From Myxococcales bacterium (lineage in GTDB: Bacteria; Myxococcota_A; Polyangia; Polyangiales; Polyangiaceae), in the NCBI GenBank assembly GCA_043747615.1, contig JAYTOU010000046.1, positions 32,001 through 96,000 on the forward strand: 64,000 nt of DNA, written 5' to 3'. Positions 1 to 10,119 of this stretch are shown here, piece by piece. Made by a program: the position numbers and the translations under genes. Every line of letters starts with the position of its first letter. Positions within the stretch are counted from its first letter, which is position 1. The notes under the pieces were generated by a model, which worked only from the letters and a program-made list of their open reading frames with translations, did no database searches and was not told the DNA's origin.

Positions 1-1
1 C

Positions 2-145
2 CGTCGCTGCCGAACGATCGGCGTCGAGATCGTGGCCGATGGGCAGGTGGTGAAGATTCGCTCGATGACGCCGCATCGTTTGACCCCCGCTCGCCAGGAA
101 CGCAGCTCGACCCCTTCGCGAGGCACCGACAAACCGATCAAGTGA
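2..145 (+). CDS. 3' end of a truncated hypothetical protein
   Basis: Open frame from the window edge (RRCRTIGVEIVADGQVVKIRSM...KPIK) to TGA at 143-145, converging on lysA. Confidence 0.4.
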   Translation, partial: RRCRTIGVEIVADGQVVKIRSMTPHRLTPARQERSSTPSRGTDKPIK

Positions 146-157
146 TCGGCAGCCGAA

Positions 158-1456
158 TCAAAGCTCTTTCATCACGCGAGAGAGCACCCAATCCTCGACG
201 CGCGAGGAGGGGCTTACGTGGATGATGGCGCCTGCGCTTAGGAAAATTTCCGTCGGTAACGCGCGGCCGTTGTACTGGCTGGCCATCGTGAAGCCGTAAG
301 CGCCAACGTCGAGGATCGCCAAAAGATGCGGCGGCACCTTCGGAAGAAGATGGAGGCCGAAGTCGTCGGAGCTCTCGCATACCGGCCCGACGACGCGCCA
401 GGCCAGCTCCGCTTCGTCTTTCTGCATATCGAGCGAAACGATGCGGTGGCGCGCCTGGTAGAGCGCTGGGCGAATGAGGTCGTTCATGCCCGCGTCGATC
501 ATCAGCCACCGGCGCGACGGCTCGTCCTCGCCGACGACGCGCGCGGTCTTCGGCTGGATGACCGTCGCCACGAGGACCCCATGCGCGGCGACGAGCGAAC
601 GACCGGGCTCCACGAAGAGAGCCAAATCGTCGAGTCCGGAGGCATGCTGGAGGGCGCGCGTCTTTCGCACAAAATCGGCGGGGCGAAGCGGACAGCCGTC
701 TCCGTAGTCGATGCCGAAGCCCCCGCCGGTGTCGACATAGTCGAGCTTCACGCCGCTCGCCCGGAGCTCCTTTGCCCTGTCGAACAAGAATTGCGAGGCC
801 TGCAGGTAGGCGTCCGCGCTCGTGAACTGCGAGCCGACGTGGGAGGTGAGGCCGACGAGCGTGAGCTCCTTGAGACCGCGCACCATGGTCACGGCGACGT
901 CGAAGTCTCTACGGGGGATCCCGAACTTTGCGTCGTCATGGCCCGTCGCGATGTGGGCATGGGTGGCGAGTGTGTCGATCTCGACCGCGGGATTCACGCG
1001 GAGCGAGACGCGGACCACGCGGCCCATCTCGCGAGCTCGTGCATGCACGCGATCGATCTCTTCGAGGCTCTCCACCTGGATCGCGCGGATCCCTCTATCG
1101 CCGATGGAAATAGCCTGGTCGAGCTCTTCATTTTTTTTCGCGACGCCGCTGTAAACGATGCGCTCGGGCGGGATCCCGCAAACGATGGCGACGGCGAGCT
1201 CTCCGCCGCTGACCACGTCGGCGCCGCATCCTTCCTTGGCGAGCGCGCGCACGATGGGACCGGCGCTGTTTGCCTTCACCGCGTATGCGATGAGGTGAGG
1301 ATGACCGTCGAAGGCCGCTTCGATCTCGCGCGCTTCTGCTGCGATGCCATCGAGATCGTAGACGTAGGCCGGTGTCTTCTGGGCACTCGAGAAGAGCTCG
1401 GCGAGGCGAATACCGCCGAGAACTAGCCGCCCATCTGCGTCACGGGTCGTCGCCAT
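158..1456 (-). CDS. lysA: Diaminopimelate decarboxylase
   Basis: C-terminal part of ORF 158..2779 from ATG 1456; motifs YAVKAN (PLP Lys), DVVSGGEL, HVGSQ, GGGFG, EPGRSL, GPVCESSD, GAYG..MASQYNGR. Confidence 0.95.
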   Translation of the reverse strand: MATTRDADGRLVLGGIRLAELFSSAQKTPAYVYDLDGIAAEAREIEAAFDGHPHLIAYAVKANSAGPIVRALAKEGCGADVVSGGELAVAIVCGIPPERIVYSGVAKKNEELDQAISIGDRGIRAIQVESLEEIDRVHARAREMGRVVRVSLRVNPAVEIDTLATHAHIATGHDDAKFGIPRRDFDVAVTMVRGLKELTLVGLTSHVGSQFTSADAYLQASQFLFDRAKELRASGVKLDYVDTGGGFGIDYGDGCPLRPADFVRKTRALQHASGLDDLALFVEPGRSLVAAHGVLVATVIQPKTARVVGEDEPSRRWLMIDAGMNDLIRPALYQARHRIVSLDMQKDEAELAWRVVGPVCESSDDFGLHLLPKVPPHLLAILDVGAYGFTMASQYNGRALPTEIFLSAGAIIHVSPSSRVEDWVLSRVMKEL

Positions 1457-1516
1457 GCGCGAACGATTACGCCGCGTCCTTTCCGTCCGCAAGTGTCTCG
1501 TGGCATGCTGCGCCCA

Positions 1517-2926
1517 ATGACCGTCCGCCGCGCCAAGCTCGTGTGCACGCTGGGTCCCTCGTGTGACTCGCTCGAGCAACTCCGCGCGCTCATCGTCGCA
1601 GGCATGGACGTAGCGCGATTCAACTTTTCCCATGGCACGCACGAGGAGCACGGACGGCGTCTCGCCCGTCTGCGCGAAGCGGCGACCATTGAGCGCAAAT
1701 CCGTCGCCGCCCTCCAGGATCTCTGCGGTCCCAAGGTTCGGACGGGGACGATACCTGCGCAATACATACTCCCCGAGAACATCGACGTCACCCTGGTCGA
1801 AGGGGAATCGAGCAGCGACGAGCGGGTCATCGCCATCAACTACGAAGGCCTGGCGGGCGACGTCCGCGTGGGAGACAAGATCCTCTTCGACGATGGGCGC
1901 CTCGTCCTCGCCGTCACCTCCGTGGTTGGCGAAAAAATCATCGCCCACGTCGAGCAGGGCGGCGGCATGCGCAATCACATCGGCGTGCACTTGCCGAGCA
2001 AGACGATGCGCGTGGGGTGCCTCACCGAGAAAGACAAAGCAGACCTCGGGTACGGTCTGTCGCAGGGGGTCGACTACATTGCGCTCTCCTTCGTGCGGCG
2101 CGCCGACGACCTCAAGCTGGTCCGCGAGATCGCCACCGCCTGGGGCCAGCCCACGCCGATCATCGCCAAAATCGAGACGCCCGACGCCATCGAAAATCTG
2201 GAGAGCGTCGTGGCCGCCTCCGATGGAGTGATGGTGGCGCGGGGCGATCTGGGAGTGGAGTTTCCGCCCGAGCGTGTCCCGGTCATCCAGCGGCAGATCA
2301 TCGGCGTGGCCCGGCGCGTGCGGCGTCCGGTGATCGTGGCGACCGAGATGCTGCAGTCGATGACCAAGGCCTCGCGACCCACCCGGGCCGAAGCGAGCGA
2401 CGTGGCGAACGCCGTCTTCTCGGGCACCGATGCCTTGATGCTCTCGGGCGAAACCGCGACGGGCGATCACCCTATCCTTGCAGCAGCGATGATGAGCCGC
2501 ATCGCGATGGAAGCGGAAACGAGCGCGTTCTACGAATCTGCGCCGTACGCGACGCGCGCGACCAGCGTGGCCGAGGCCATCGCCCGCGGCGCGTGCAACA
2601 CCGCGAAAGAGATCGGCGCAAAATACCTGGTGGCCTTCACCGAGACCGGCCTCAGCGCCATGAACGTGAGCTTGGCCCGCCCGAACGTGCCGATCATCGC
2701 GTTCTCTCCGGTGGAGCGCACGCGGCGGCGGATGGCGCTTCTCTGGGGCGTGATACCCCGGGTGTGCCCCGCGATCCACGACATGGACCAGCTCGTCGAC
2801 TGGTGCACGGGCGACTTGATGGCAGCCGGACTTGCGTCACCCGGCGAGCGCGTGGTCATCGTCTTCGGCGCTCCGATCGGCGTCAGCGGAAGCACCAACA
2901 CCATTCGCGTTCACGTCCTCGGCTGA
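1517..2926 (+). CDS. pyk: Pyruvate kinase
   Basis: KLVCTLGPS, ARFNFSHG, IIAKIE, DGVMVARGDLGVE, ATEMLQSM, PTRAEASDVANA, LMLSGETA; ATG 1517 chosen (ATG 1505 is an alternative). Confidence 0.97.
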   Translation: MTVRRAKLVCTLGPSCDSLEQLRALIVAGMDVARFNFSHGTHEEHGRRLARLREAATIERKSVAALQDLCGPKVRTGTIPAQYILPENIDVTLVEGESSSDERVIAINYEGLAGDVRVGDKILFDDGRLVLAVTSVVGEKIIAHVEQGGGMRNHIGVHLPSKTMRVGCLTEKDKADLGYGLSQGVDYIALSFVRRADDLKLVREIATAWGQPTPIIAKIETPDAIENLESVVAASDGVMVARGDLGVEFPPERVPVIQRQIIGVARRVRRPVIVATEMLQSMTKASRPTRAEASDVANAVFSGTDALMLSGETATGDHPILAAAMMSRIAMEAETSAFYESAPYATRATSVAEAIARGACNTAKEIGAKYLVAFTETGLSAMNVSLARPNVPIIAFSPVERTRRRMALLWGVIPRVCPAIHDMDQLVDWCTGDLMAAGLASPGERVVIVFGAPIGVSGSTNTIRVHVLG

Positions 2927-2932
2927 AAAGTC

Positions 2933-4309
2933 CTACCGGACGGACGGCGGTGGGCGGCTCAAGGATTGCCTACGCGGCATGATGATCGCGACCTCGGTGC
3001 CTTTGCCTTCGGCGCTGTTGATCTCGACGTGACCGCCTAGCGCGCTCACCAGTCCATAGACGGCGCTGAGGCCGAGGCCGCTCTTTGCTGCTCCGGGACC
3101 GCGTGAGTAGAAGGGGTCGAAGACCTTGGCAAGCTCGGCGGCGGGGATGCCGCGCCCTTCGTCGGCGACCGATAGTACGACGCGGTCGCCTTCGTTGCGC
3201 ACGCTCGCGAGGATCGTTCCGTCACCAGGCATGGCCTCGACTGCGTTGCGCGCGATCTGGAAAAGTGCTTCTGCGAGAGCGGCCACGTGGCACTCGATCG
3301 CGCCCACCGACGGATCGTACGCGCGCTGGATGATCACGCCCGAGCGCGCCCGGCCGATCGCGCTTTCCAGGGCAAAATCCAGCATCGCGCCAACATCTGC
3401 GGGCTCGAGCACTCCCTCGGCGGCCATGGCGAAGCGGCGTAGGCGATCGACGGTCCGTCGCACGCGAGCGAGCCCTCCGTCGCTGCGCTTGAGGGCTCCG
3501 AGCGCTTGTGCGGGATCGGTGTCGAGCGCCTTCGTCGCCTGCTGATTGGACGCAACGCTGATCGAGAGGGCGTTGTTAAGCTCGTGCGCCATTCCCCCGA
3601 CGAGGACGCGAAGGGCTTCGAGTTTTTCGACGACCACGAGCTGCTCTTGCAGCCGGCGCATCCGGGAGACAGCCGCGCTCAAGCGCTCGACGCGCATAAA
3701 AACCATGATGCCCGTTTTGTGTCGCGAACGCGCGAGGACTACCCCGGCGACGGCGGTGCCCACCACCAAGAGGTGCGCGTAGGGAGGCGAAAATGGGCTC
3801 GCCAGGAGCAACCCGGAGTACGCGGCCGCGCCGCTGAGCGTGGCGACTCGCGGGGGAAATGGGACGAGCGCGGTGATAGCCAACGACGCTAACGGGATGA
3901 CGAGAAGATACGGGCTCGACTCTGCGCCCGTGAGCCGAGCGATGAGACCCCAGCCGACGAGCGTGGCGATCGCCGCGCACGAGCCGAGGAAGAGGAGCGC
4001 ATCGAGATTTTTTCGCGCGACCGGGACAGCGAGCGAGCAAGCCGCGAGAACGATGGCCAGCGACGCTCCGGCGACAGTGGCGATGCTCGACGGACGGGAC
4101 AGCGAATCGAGAATGACGACCGTCCCGGTGAGAGCCGCTGCGAGGGCGATCGTCGGCAGAAGACGCGCCGCCACCCGGTGTTGCTGATCGGCGAGGTAAC
4201 GCCTCCGAGGCCGCGCTTTTCGGCCTGCTTTGTCGTTGACGCGGTTGGTGCGATCACGGAGCGCGCTCGGCGGTGGAAGGGAAAGACTCGACCGCCCGGC
4301 GCTCATCAC
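2933..4309 (-). CDS. Membrane-bound sensor histidine kinase
   Basis: Several N-terminal TM helices; H-box AHELNN, N-box RNAVEAM, G1 DEGRGI, F-box FDPFYS, G2 GLGLS. Confidence 0.92.
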   Translation of the reverse strand: MMSAGRSSLSLPPPSALRDRTNRVNDKAGRKARPRRRYLADQQHRVAARLLPTIALAAALTGTVVILDSLSRPSSIATVAGASLAIVLAACSLAVPVARKNLDALLFLGSCAAIATLVGWGLIARLTGAESSPYLLVIPLASLAITALVPFPPRVATLSGAAAYSGLLLASPFSPPYAHLLVVGTAVAGVVLARSRHKTGIMVFMRVERLSAAVSRMRRLQEQLVVVEKLEALRVLVGGMAHELNNALSISVASNQQATKALDTDPAQALGALKRSDGGLARVRRTVDRLRRFAMAAEGVLEPADVGAMLDFALESAIGRARSGVIIQRAYDPSVGAIECHVAALAEALFQIARNAVEAMPGDGTILASVRNEGDRVVLSVADEGRGIPAAELAKVFDPFYSRGPGAAKSGLGLSAVYGLVSALGGHVEINSAEGKGTEVAIIMPRRQSLSRPPPSVR

Positions 4310-4327
4310 GAGCGAGCATAGCTTGAG

Positions 4328-5245
4328 TTAGAAGGTTCCGCGCACACCCGAGAAAAGGGGGCCGACCACTACGGCGGCAGGGCTCGACGCGGCCGGACGG
4401 ACGAAGAAAAAGTACGCGCCCGCACCGGCGCTGGCGAGGGCCACGATGAACGAAATGTCGGCGACGGTTCGGTACGTCATGCCCACCGAGCGCGCCGAAG
4501 GGTCTTGCGGCCTGCCGGTGTTGTACTCGTGTGCGAGAGCGCCTGCGCGAAGGCCCGAGAAAATGCCGACCGCCGCAAAAAGAACCGCAGCGCTCCCCGA
4601 GCCCACGACGATCCATCGACGCGCGTGATCGTCGCCCGATCGCGCGGCGGGCTCAGCGAGCTTGTATTTGGCTCCAGCGAGCGCGATCTGCTTGATGGTC
4701 GGGGACTGCGGGGTGACGTGAAGTGTCTCGTCACGCGGCGCGTACCCGTCGGCCTCGACATGAAGCACGTGGTCGCCGGCGGTGACGCGCACATCGGCGA
4801 AAATTCCAGGCGCGAGGGCGATCGACTTTGCATCGAGCTGCGCGCGCGCGCCGTCGGGCGTGACCTTGATCCGCAGCGTTCCGAGGTGCTTGCGGACATC
4901 GGCAAGAGCCGCGCGGCCGCTCGAAATTTCGTCCGCGGATGCGCCTCCGTCGTCGGAAAGAAATCGGGAGAGGTCCTGCTCGGCATCGACGTACTCGCCG
5001 GTGTGCGAGCGCGCGATCCCTAGATTGAGCAAAATACTCGGGTGGGCGAAGAGCTTGTACGCCTCGACAAACGCGTCGCGGGCGACCTCGTAGTTCCCTT
5101 CCTTCACCGACGAAACGCCGCGTCGGAAGGCGACACGCGATTGTTCGCGGACGTCGTCGTCTGCCCGCGCCGGACTTGCAAGGCAAGTGCACGCGAGCAT
5201 GACGAGCAGAGCACGACCGGCAGCGCGTGTGGTCTGAGAGCTCAG
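4328..5245 (-). CDS. Secreted TPR/PEGA-domain protein
   Basis: Signal peptide ending PARA, TPR-like helices (AFRRG...YEVARDAFVEAYKL.PSILLNLG), PEGA-like segment (GDHVLHVEADGY), two Gly-rich hydrophobic segments, ends GVRGTF. Start uncertain: CTG 5245 or ATG 5200. Confidence 0.8.
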   Translation of the reverse strand: MSSQTTRAAGRALLVMLACTCLASPARADDDVREQSRVAFRRGVSSVKEGNYEVARDAFVEAYKLFAHPSILLNLGIARSHTGEYVDAEQDLSRFLSDDGGASADEISSGRAALADVRKHLGTLRIKVTPDGARAQLDAKSIALAPGIFADVRVTAGDHVLHVEADGYAPRDETLHVTPQSPTIKQIALAGAKYKLAEPAARSGDDHARRWIVVGSGSAAVLFAAVGIFSGLRAGALAHEYNTGRPQDPSARSVGMTYRTVADISFIVALASAGAGAYFFFVRPAASSPAAVVVGPLFSGVRGTF

Positions 5246-6534
5246 TAGCGTGGCTTCTCCACGATCGTGGGGCCAGCGGGGGCGGCCGCTTTTCTCACGA
5301 GCGGCTTGGGCGAACGATGTCGCGGGCTGGGCGGAACCGCGATCAGTCGCCCGGTCGCGCCGGCGTCGGTCGCCGCGAACTCAATGGGTTCCTCCGTCGT
5401 CGACGGCGTCGCCGCAGCCTCGGTCGACACCGCCGCGAGCTCCGCCGGGGCTGCGGGAGACTCGCTAGCGTGGGTAGGCTTCGCCGGCGTGCGTGCGGGC
5501 CTGAGCGCGTTCAGCGCCACGAGAACACCGAGGAGAACCACGGAGCCGGCGAGCATCATCGGCCAGCGTGGGCCGCGCGCCCTCATGGCAGCGTTGATCG
5601 TTCCAGCGGTGAGCACGGTCTGCGTCGGCGCGTTGAGGAGACCCTCGCTCGTGACGATCGGAAGCGAGCTCGGAACCTCGGTGGCATTGCCGAGCGCGCG
5701 CCACAGCTTGAGGACGTCGCGGGCCGAGGCTGGGCGATGTTGCGGCTCACGCGACAGACAGCGGTCGATGAGGCCGTTGAGGAGAAGAGGAATCGGAACC
5801 TGGGCTGCTCCCTTCAGAGGCCGCGCCGACCGTTCGAGCTTGCTCGCGAGGAGCGCCATCTGCCCCGACGCGTCGTACGCCAGTCGCCCGCTCACGGCCT
5901 CGAAGATCACCATCGCAAAGGAGTAGAGATCCGCGCGCTCGTCGACACCGGAGGCGCCGCGAATCTGCTCCGGCGCCATGTAGGCGATGGTCCCGACCGA
6001 CTCGCCCGTCACCGTCAGCTTCTCGCCCACGTCGTCGTTGCCATCGAGCTTGCACACCCCGAAATCGAGGATGCGTGCCCGCGCGAGATTGTCGTCGAGA
6101 AACTCGATGAAGATATTTCCAGGTTTTAAATCGCGGTGAATCACGCCGGCCGCATGCGCGTCCATGAGCCCACGGAGCACGTTCTCACCGATCTGCGAGA
6201 CCTCTTCCCACCCAAGGACCCCACTACTTTTTTTCAGGTGCTCGGAGAGCGATTCGCCGCGCAAGAGCTCCATCACCAAGAAGAGCTCGCCATCTTCGTT
6301 GCGATCGAGATCGAGCACGCGGGGGATGAACTCGCTCTGGATGCGCGCGGCGGCGGCGGCTTCCCGTTCGAGGCGGGCCATCAGGATGTCTCCGGCGTGC
6401 TCGCGGCTGACGACTTTTACGGCGACGTCGGTGTCCGACTCGCGGTCGATCGCATGGAACACCTCGCCCATTCCCCCCTTCCCGATGGAGGAGACGATCT
6501 CGTATTTGTCGCGTAAAACATCGCCAGGCTGCAT
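5242..6534 (-). CDS. Hanks-type Ser/Thr protein kinase with one TM helix
   Basis: GKGGMGEV, VAVK, HRDLKPGN, DFG, YMAPEQ, then a TM helix and an Ala/Pro-rich tail. Confidence 0.95.
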   Translation of the reverse strand: MQPGDVLRDKYEIVSSIGKGGMGEVFHAIDRESDTDVAVKVVSREHAGDILMARLEREAAAAARIQSEFIPRVLDLDRNEDGELFLVMELLRGESLSEHLKKSSGVLGWEEVSQIGENVLRGLMDAHAAGVIHRDLKPGNIFIEFLDDNLARARILDFGVCKLDGNDDVGEKLTVTGESVGTIAYMAPEQIRGASGVDERADLYSFAMVIFEAVSGRLAYDASGQMALLASKLERSARPLKGAAQVPIPLLLNGLIDRCLSREPQHRPASARDVLKLWRALGNATEVPSSLPIVTSEGLLNAPTQTVLTAGTINAAMRARGPRWPMMLAGSVVLLGVLVALNALRPARTPAKPTHASESPAAPAELAAVSTEAAATPSTTEEPIEFAATDAGATGRLIAVPPSPRHRSPKPLVRKAAAPAGPTIVEKPRY

Positions 6535-6581
6535 GCAGAAGCAGCCTCAACCTTAGCGCCCGGGCGGGGGCAAATCTCCCC

Positions 6582-8300
6582 CTAATTTCCCTCTCGGGGG
6601 CGTGCGCCAAGGTGCGCTGGGCTCATCGGCCTCCACTCGCGGAGCTCCCGTTTGAGCACCTTGCCCGTCGGATTGCGGGGGAGAACATCGATGAGAATGA
6701 AGTCGCGCGGAACTTTGGGACCGGCCAGGCGCTCGCGCGTCCAGAGACGGAGGGCCGCGTCGTCGAGACACGAGCCTGGTTTTGCTACGATGAAGGCGCG
6801 CACGCGCTCGCCCCACTCCGGATCTTCCACGCCCACCACGGCGACCTCGGACACGTCCGGATGCTGCTCGAGCACTCCTTCGACCTCCGCCGGATAGACG
6901 TTCACGCCGCCCGAGATCACCATGTCGCGCTTGCGGCCTTCGATGAAAAAGCGGCCATCGCGATCTTCGCGTGCAAGGTCTCCGACGCTGAAAAAGCCGT
7001 CCCGCATGCTGGCCGCGGTGGCGTCGCCGTCCATGTGGTAGCCGCTGACGAGCATCTTGTTTTTTACGTAGAGCTCGCCCACTTCGCCGCGCGCGACGCC
7101 CCTCCCCTGCTCGTCGAGGAGGCGAATCTCGTTGCCGGGAACGGCCTTGCCGATGGTGTACGGCGCGGCGCGAAGGTCTTGCGGCTTGGCGAGGGTGACG
7201 AGGCCGGTCTCCGTGGCGCCGTAGAAGTTGAAGAGGATGTCTCCAAAGTGGTCCATCACCTGGTTTGCAAGCGGGCCGGGCAAGGGAGCCCCGCCCGAGA
7301 AGATGATGCGCAGCGTTCGCGTTTCGTACGTTGCGAGCACCTCGGGATCGAGGGTGAGCACGCGATGGAGCATCGTGGGCACGACCGCGGTGCTGGTGAT
7401 CTTGTAGCGCTCGACGTCGCGTACGAAAAATTCGGGTTTGAACTCGTCCATGATGACGACGCTCGCGCCCAAGATGTGGCTGAGGGTGAGAAAGCCGAAG
7501 GCCGTGGAGTGATAGAGAGGGCACGTGACGAGGTGGACGTCGTCGACGCGCATCGGCGTCTCGCAAATGAAACGAAGCGCCGCGGGGAGCGCGTCACGCG
7601 GGAATTTTCGGACGGCGCCCTTGGGTTTGCCGGTCGTGCCCGAGGTGTAAATGACGACCGACGCGTCTTCCTCTGCCGCTTTGGAATCCTTGCTCACGAC
7701 ACGAGATGCGGCGAGCACGTCTTCGTAGCTCGTGATGCCCGGTACAGTGCCGCCGATCGCCACCAGATTCGCCGTCTTCAGCTCGGGGAGGCTTCTTTTG
7801 GCCTCCTCCACGACGGGCCAGAGATCGTGATCGAAGCAGATCATCTTGGCGTTCGAGTGAGCCGCAACGTAGACGAGCTCGCTCGCCGTCGAGCGCCACG
7901 ACGTGCTCACCGCCGCTCCGCCAACCCTGCTCGCGCCGCCCTGAATCTCGATGAACTCGGGACGATTGCGCATCATGAGGATCACGCTGGATCCCCTGGA
8001 AATCCCACGCATGGTGAAGCCACCCGCGAGGCGGTCCATCCGCTCGTCGAGCTCGGAAAAGGTGAGCGAGCGATCCCTCCAGCGGAGGGCCACTTTGTTC
8101 GGCGAGTTGGCCGCGTGCAGTCGATAGACCTGCGACGGATTCTGGGGAGCGACGGTAAGCGCCTTCACCATGGCGACGAACCCGGGCGCGGTGACTTCCC
8201 ACATCAAGCCGCTGCGGTTGCCGACTTCGAGAGCGACCCGCACGCGCTCCGGCGCCTCGGAGATCCGCTCCCGAATTTCTTTGAACGTCATCTTCGGCAT
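6582..8300 (-). CDS. AMP-binding acyl-CoA synthetase (long-chain fatty acid-CoA ligase family)
   Basis: YTSGTTGKPKG, FYGATE, GDL, GRKRDMVISGGVNVYPAEVE, LPRNPTGKVLKR; start at ATG 8300 (MPKMTF). Confidence 0.93.
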   Translation of the reverse strand: MPKMTFKEIRERISEAPERVRVALEVGNRSGLMWEVTAPGFVAMVKALTVAPQNPSQVYRLHAANSPNKVALRWRDRSLTFSELDERMDRLAGGFTMRGISRGSSVILMMRNRPEFIEIQGGASRVGGAAVSTSWRSTASELVYVAAHSNAKMICFDHDLWPVVEEAKRSLPELKTANLVAIGGTVPGITSYEDVLAASRVVSKDSKAAEEDASVVIYTSGTTGKPKGAVRKFPRDALPAALRFICETPMRVDDVHLVTCPLYHSTAFGFLTLSHILGASVVIMDEFKPEFFVRDVERYKITSTAVVPTMLHRVLTLDPEVLATYETRTLRIIFSGGAPLPGPLANQVMDHFGDILFNFYGATETGLVTLAKPQDLRAAPYTIGKAVPGNEIRLLDEQGRGVARGEVGELYVKNKMLVSGYHMDGDATAASMRDGFFSVGDLAREDRDGRFFIEGRKRDMVISGGVNVYPAEVEGVLEQHPDVSEVAVVGVEDPEWGERVRAFIVAKPGSCLDDAALRLWTRERLAGPKVPRDFILIDVLPRNPTGKVLKRELREWRPMSPAHLGARPREGN

Positions 8301-8323
8301 CGCCCAAACTCCATAAAGACGGG

Positions 8324-8554
8324 TCAGTACGTGATGACGTTGCCGGTAGCGGGCATGTCCGCGGGCTGGCGATGAACCCCCATTTGCGCAGCGTACGTCA
8401 TGGGGGTGTAGCCGCCGTCGGGGGTTGCCGCGTGCGGGGCTGGCGAATCTCCAACGCACCCGTAGCTCGCGACGAGCACGCCAAGGCCTCCGTCAACCAA
8501 CGCGTTACCAAGTGCTCTCACCAGAAATCCACGCCTTTCAAGACGATTGCTCAA
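8324..8554 (-). CDS. Putative small Tat-type lipoprotein (76 aa)
   Basis: Fills the intergenic gap; ERRGFL twin-arginine-like motif, hydrophobic stretch, SYGC lipobox-like site. Confidence 0.4.
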   Translation of the reverse strand: MSNRLERRGFLVRALGNALVDGGLGVLVASYGCVGDSPAPHAATPDGGYTPMTYAAQMGVHRQPADMPATGNVITY

Positions 8555-8643
8555 CGTAGCTGATACGGCGGGGCCGGGTACGCCCGCGAGAACGAATCGG
8601 CGAAAAACACCGCGCTCGTGCGTCGTGATATCCTCCTCCGGCG

Positions 8644-9045
8644 ATGGAAAGCAAACCGCCCACCGGTGAGGAAAAGCGCAACAACGAGCGGGCCGCGATC
8701 ACCCTTCGCGTCGACTACAAACGGCTCAACACGTTCTTTGCAGACTACACGAAGAACATCTCCAAAGGCGGGACGTTCATTCGCACGAGCAAGCCGCTCG
8801 ACGTGGGCACGGAGTTCGTGTTCGTCCTCTCTTTTCCGTCTCAAGAAGGCCAGCTTCGGCTTCGCGGCAAGGTGATGTGGGTGACGAGCGAAGCAGCAGC
8901 CACCGCCGAAAGCCCCGTAGGAATGGGAATTCGTTTTCTCTTCAAGGAACAAGACGAGCAAAAGAAAGTAGACGAGTTCGTCGAGAGGCTGATGTCCGAG
9001 GCCCTGGGCGAGCACATCTCCCAGAAGCTCCTCGCGAAGCGCTGA
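8644..9045 (+). CDS. PilZ-domain protein, myxobacterial TIGR02266 type
   Basis: RxxxR (RNNER), [27 protein letters not shown]. Confidence 0.9.
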   Translation: MESKPPTGEEKRNNERAAITLRVDYKRLNTFFADYTKNISKGGTFIRTSKPLDVGTEFVFVLSFPSQEGQLRLRGKVMWVTSEAAATAESPVGMGIRFLFKEQDEQKKVDEFVERLMSEALGEHISQKLLAKR

Positions 9046-9082
9046 CCTTTACGGCATCCCGCGCGCGCCCTACGTTTCAGCC

Positions 9083-10051
9083 ATGGGATTACCGGTCCTC
9101 GGCCAAGCCGATGCGCGAAAAGTCGATCCTTCGCTCGACCTCGAAGAAGAGGTGTCGCGCCTGAAAAAAGAGCGAAACGCGATCATCCTCGCGCACTACT
9201 ACCAAGACTCCGACATCCAGGACGTGGCCGACGTGATCGGCGATTCGCTCCAGCTCGCGCAGGCGGCAGCAAAGACCTCGGCGGACGTCATCTGCTTTGC
9301 CGGCGTGCACTTCATGGCGGAGACGGCGAAGATCTTGAACCCCCACAAGATTGTGGTCCTTCCCGATCTCCTCGCGGGGTGCTCGCTCGCCGACGGCTGC
9401 CCCGCGGACAAGTTCGCCGCCTGGAAAGCGCGCCATCCCGGATCGGTGGTCGTGAGCTACATCAATTGCTCCGCCGAGGTGAAGGCGTTGAGCGACTACA
9501 TCGTGACCTCGTCGAACGCGGAGAAGATCGTCGCGCACATTCCCTTGGACAAAGAAGTGCTCTTCGCGCCGGACAAGAATCTCGGCAAATGGCTGGAAAA
9601 GAAGCTCGATCGGAAGATGAACCTCTGGCAGGGGAGCTGCATCGTCCACGAGACGTTCAGCGAACGAAAGCTGATCGGGCTGAAGACACGTCACCCGGAG
9701 GCGCTCGTCCTCGCGCATCCTGAGTGCGAAGAAGTAGTGCTGGCGATGGCCGACTACATCGGTTCGACGACGGGCATCCTGAAGTACGCGATCGCCAGTC
9801 CGAAGAAGGAGTTCATCATCGCCACGGAGGCTGGAATCCTTCACCAGATGCAGAAGGCCGCGCCGGACAAAACGTTCATCCCCGCGCCACCCGAGGCGAA
9901 TTGCGCCTGCAACGAGTGCCCGTACATGAGACGAAATACGCTCGAGAAGGTCTACCTGGCGCTGAGGGATCTCGAGCCTCGCATCGAGATGGACCCCGTT
10001 CTGCTGGAAAGGGCGCGGTTGCCGATCGACCGGATGCTCGCGCTCAGCTGA
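9083..10051 (+). CDS. nadA: Quinolinate synthase A
   Basis: [59 protein letters not shown]. Confidence 0.97.
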   Translation: MGLPVLGQADARKVDPSLDLEEEVSRLKKERNAIILAHYYQDSDIQDVADVIGDSLQLAQAAAKTSADVICFAGVHFMAETAKILNPHKIVVLPDLLAGCSLADGCPADKFAAWKARHPGSVVVSYINCSAEVKALSDYIVTSSNAEKIVAHIPLDKEVLFAPDKNLGKWLEKKLDRKMNLWQGSCIVHETFSERKLIGLKTRHPEALVLAHPECEEVVLAMADYIGSTTGILKYAIASPKKEFIIATEAGILHQMQKAAPDKTFIPAPPEANCACNECPYMRRNTLEKVYLALRDLEPRIEMDPVLLERARLPIDRMLALS

Positions 10052-10119
10052 TCTCAGGCTCCGTCGCGTGACGCATATGACTCGAGCCAGCCTCCTGAAG
10101 GTCGGCTAGAATGCGCTGC

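Noticed and set aside
1457..2779. 873-aa ORF suggesting a large N-terminal fusion to LysA
   Set aside because: The extension is simply the antisense of pyk; LysA homology begins at ATG 1456
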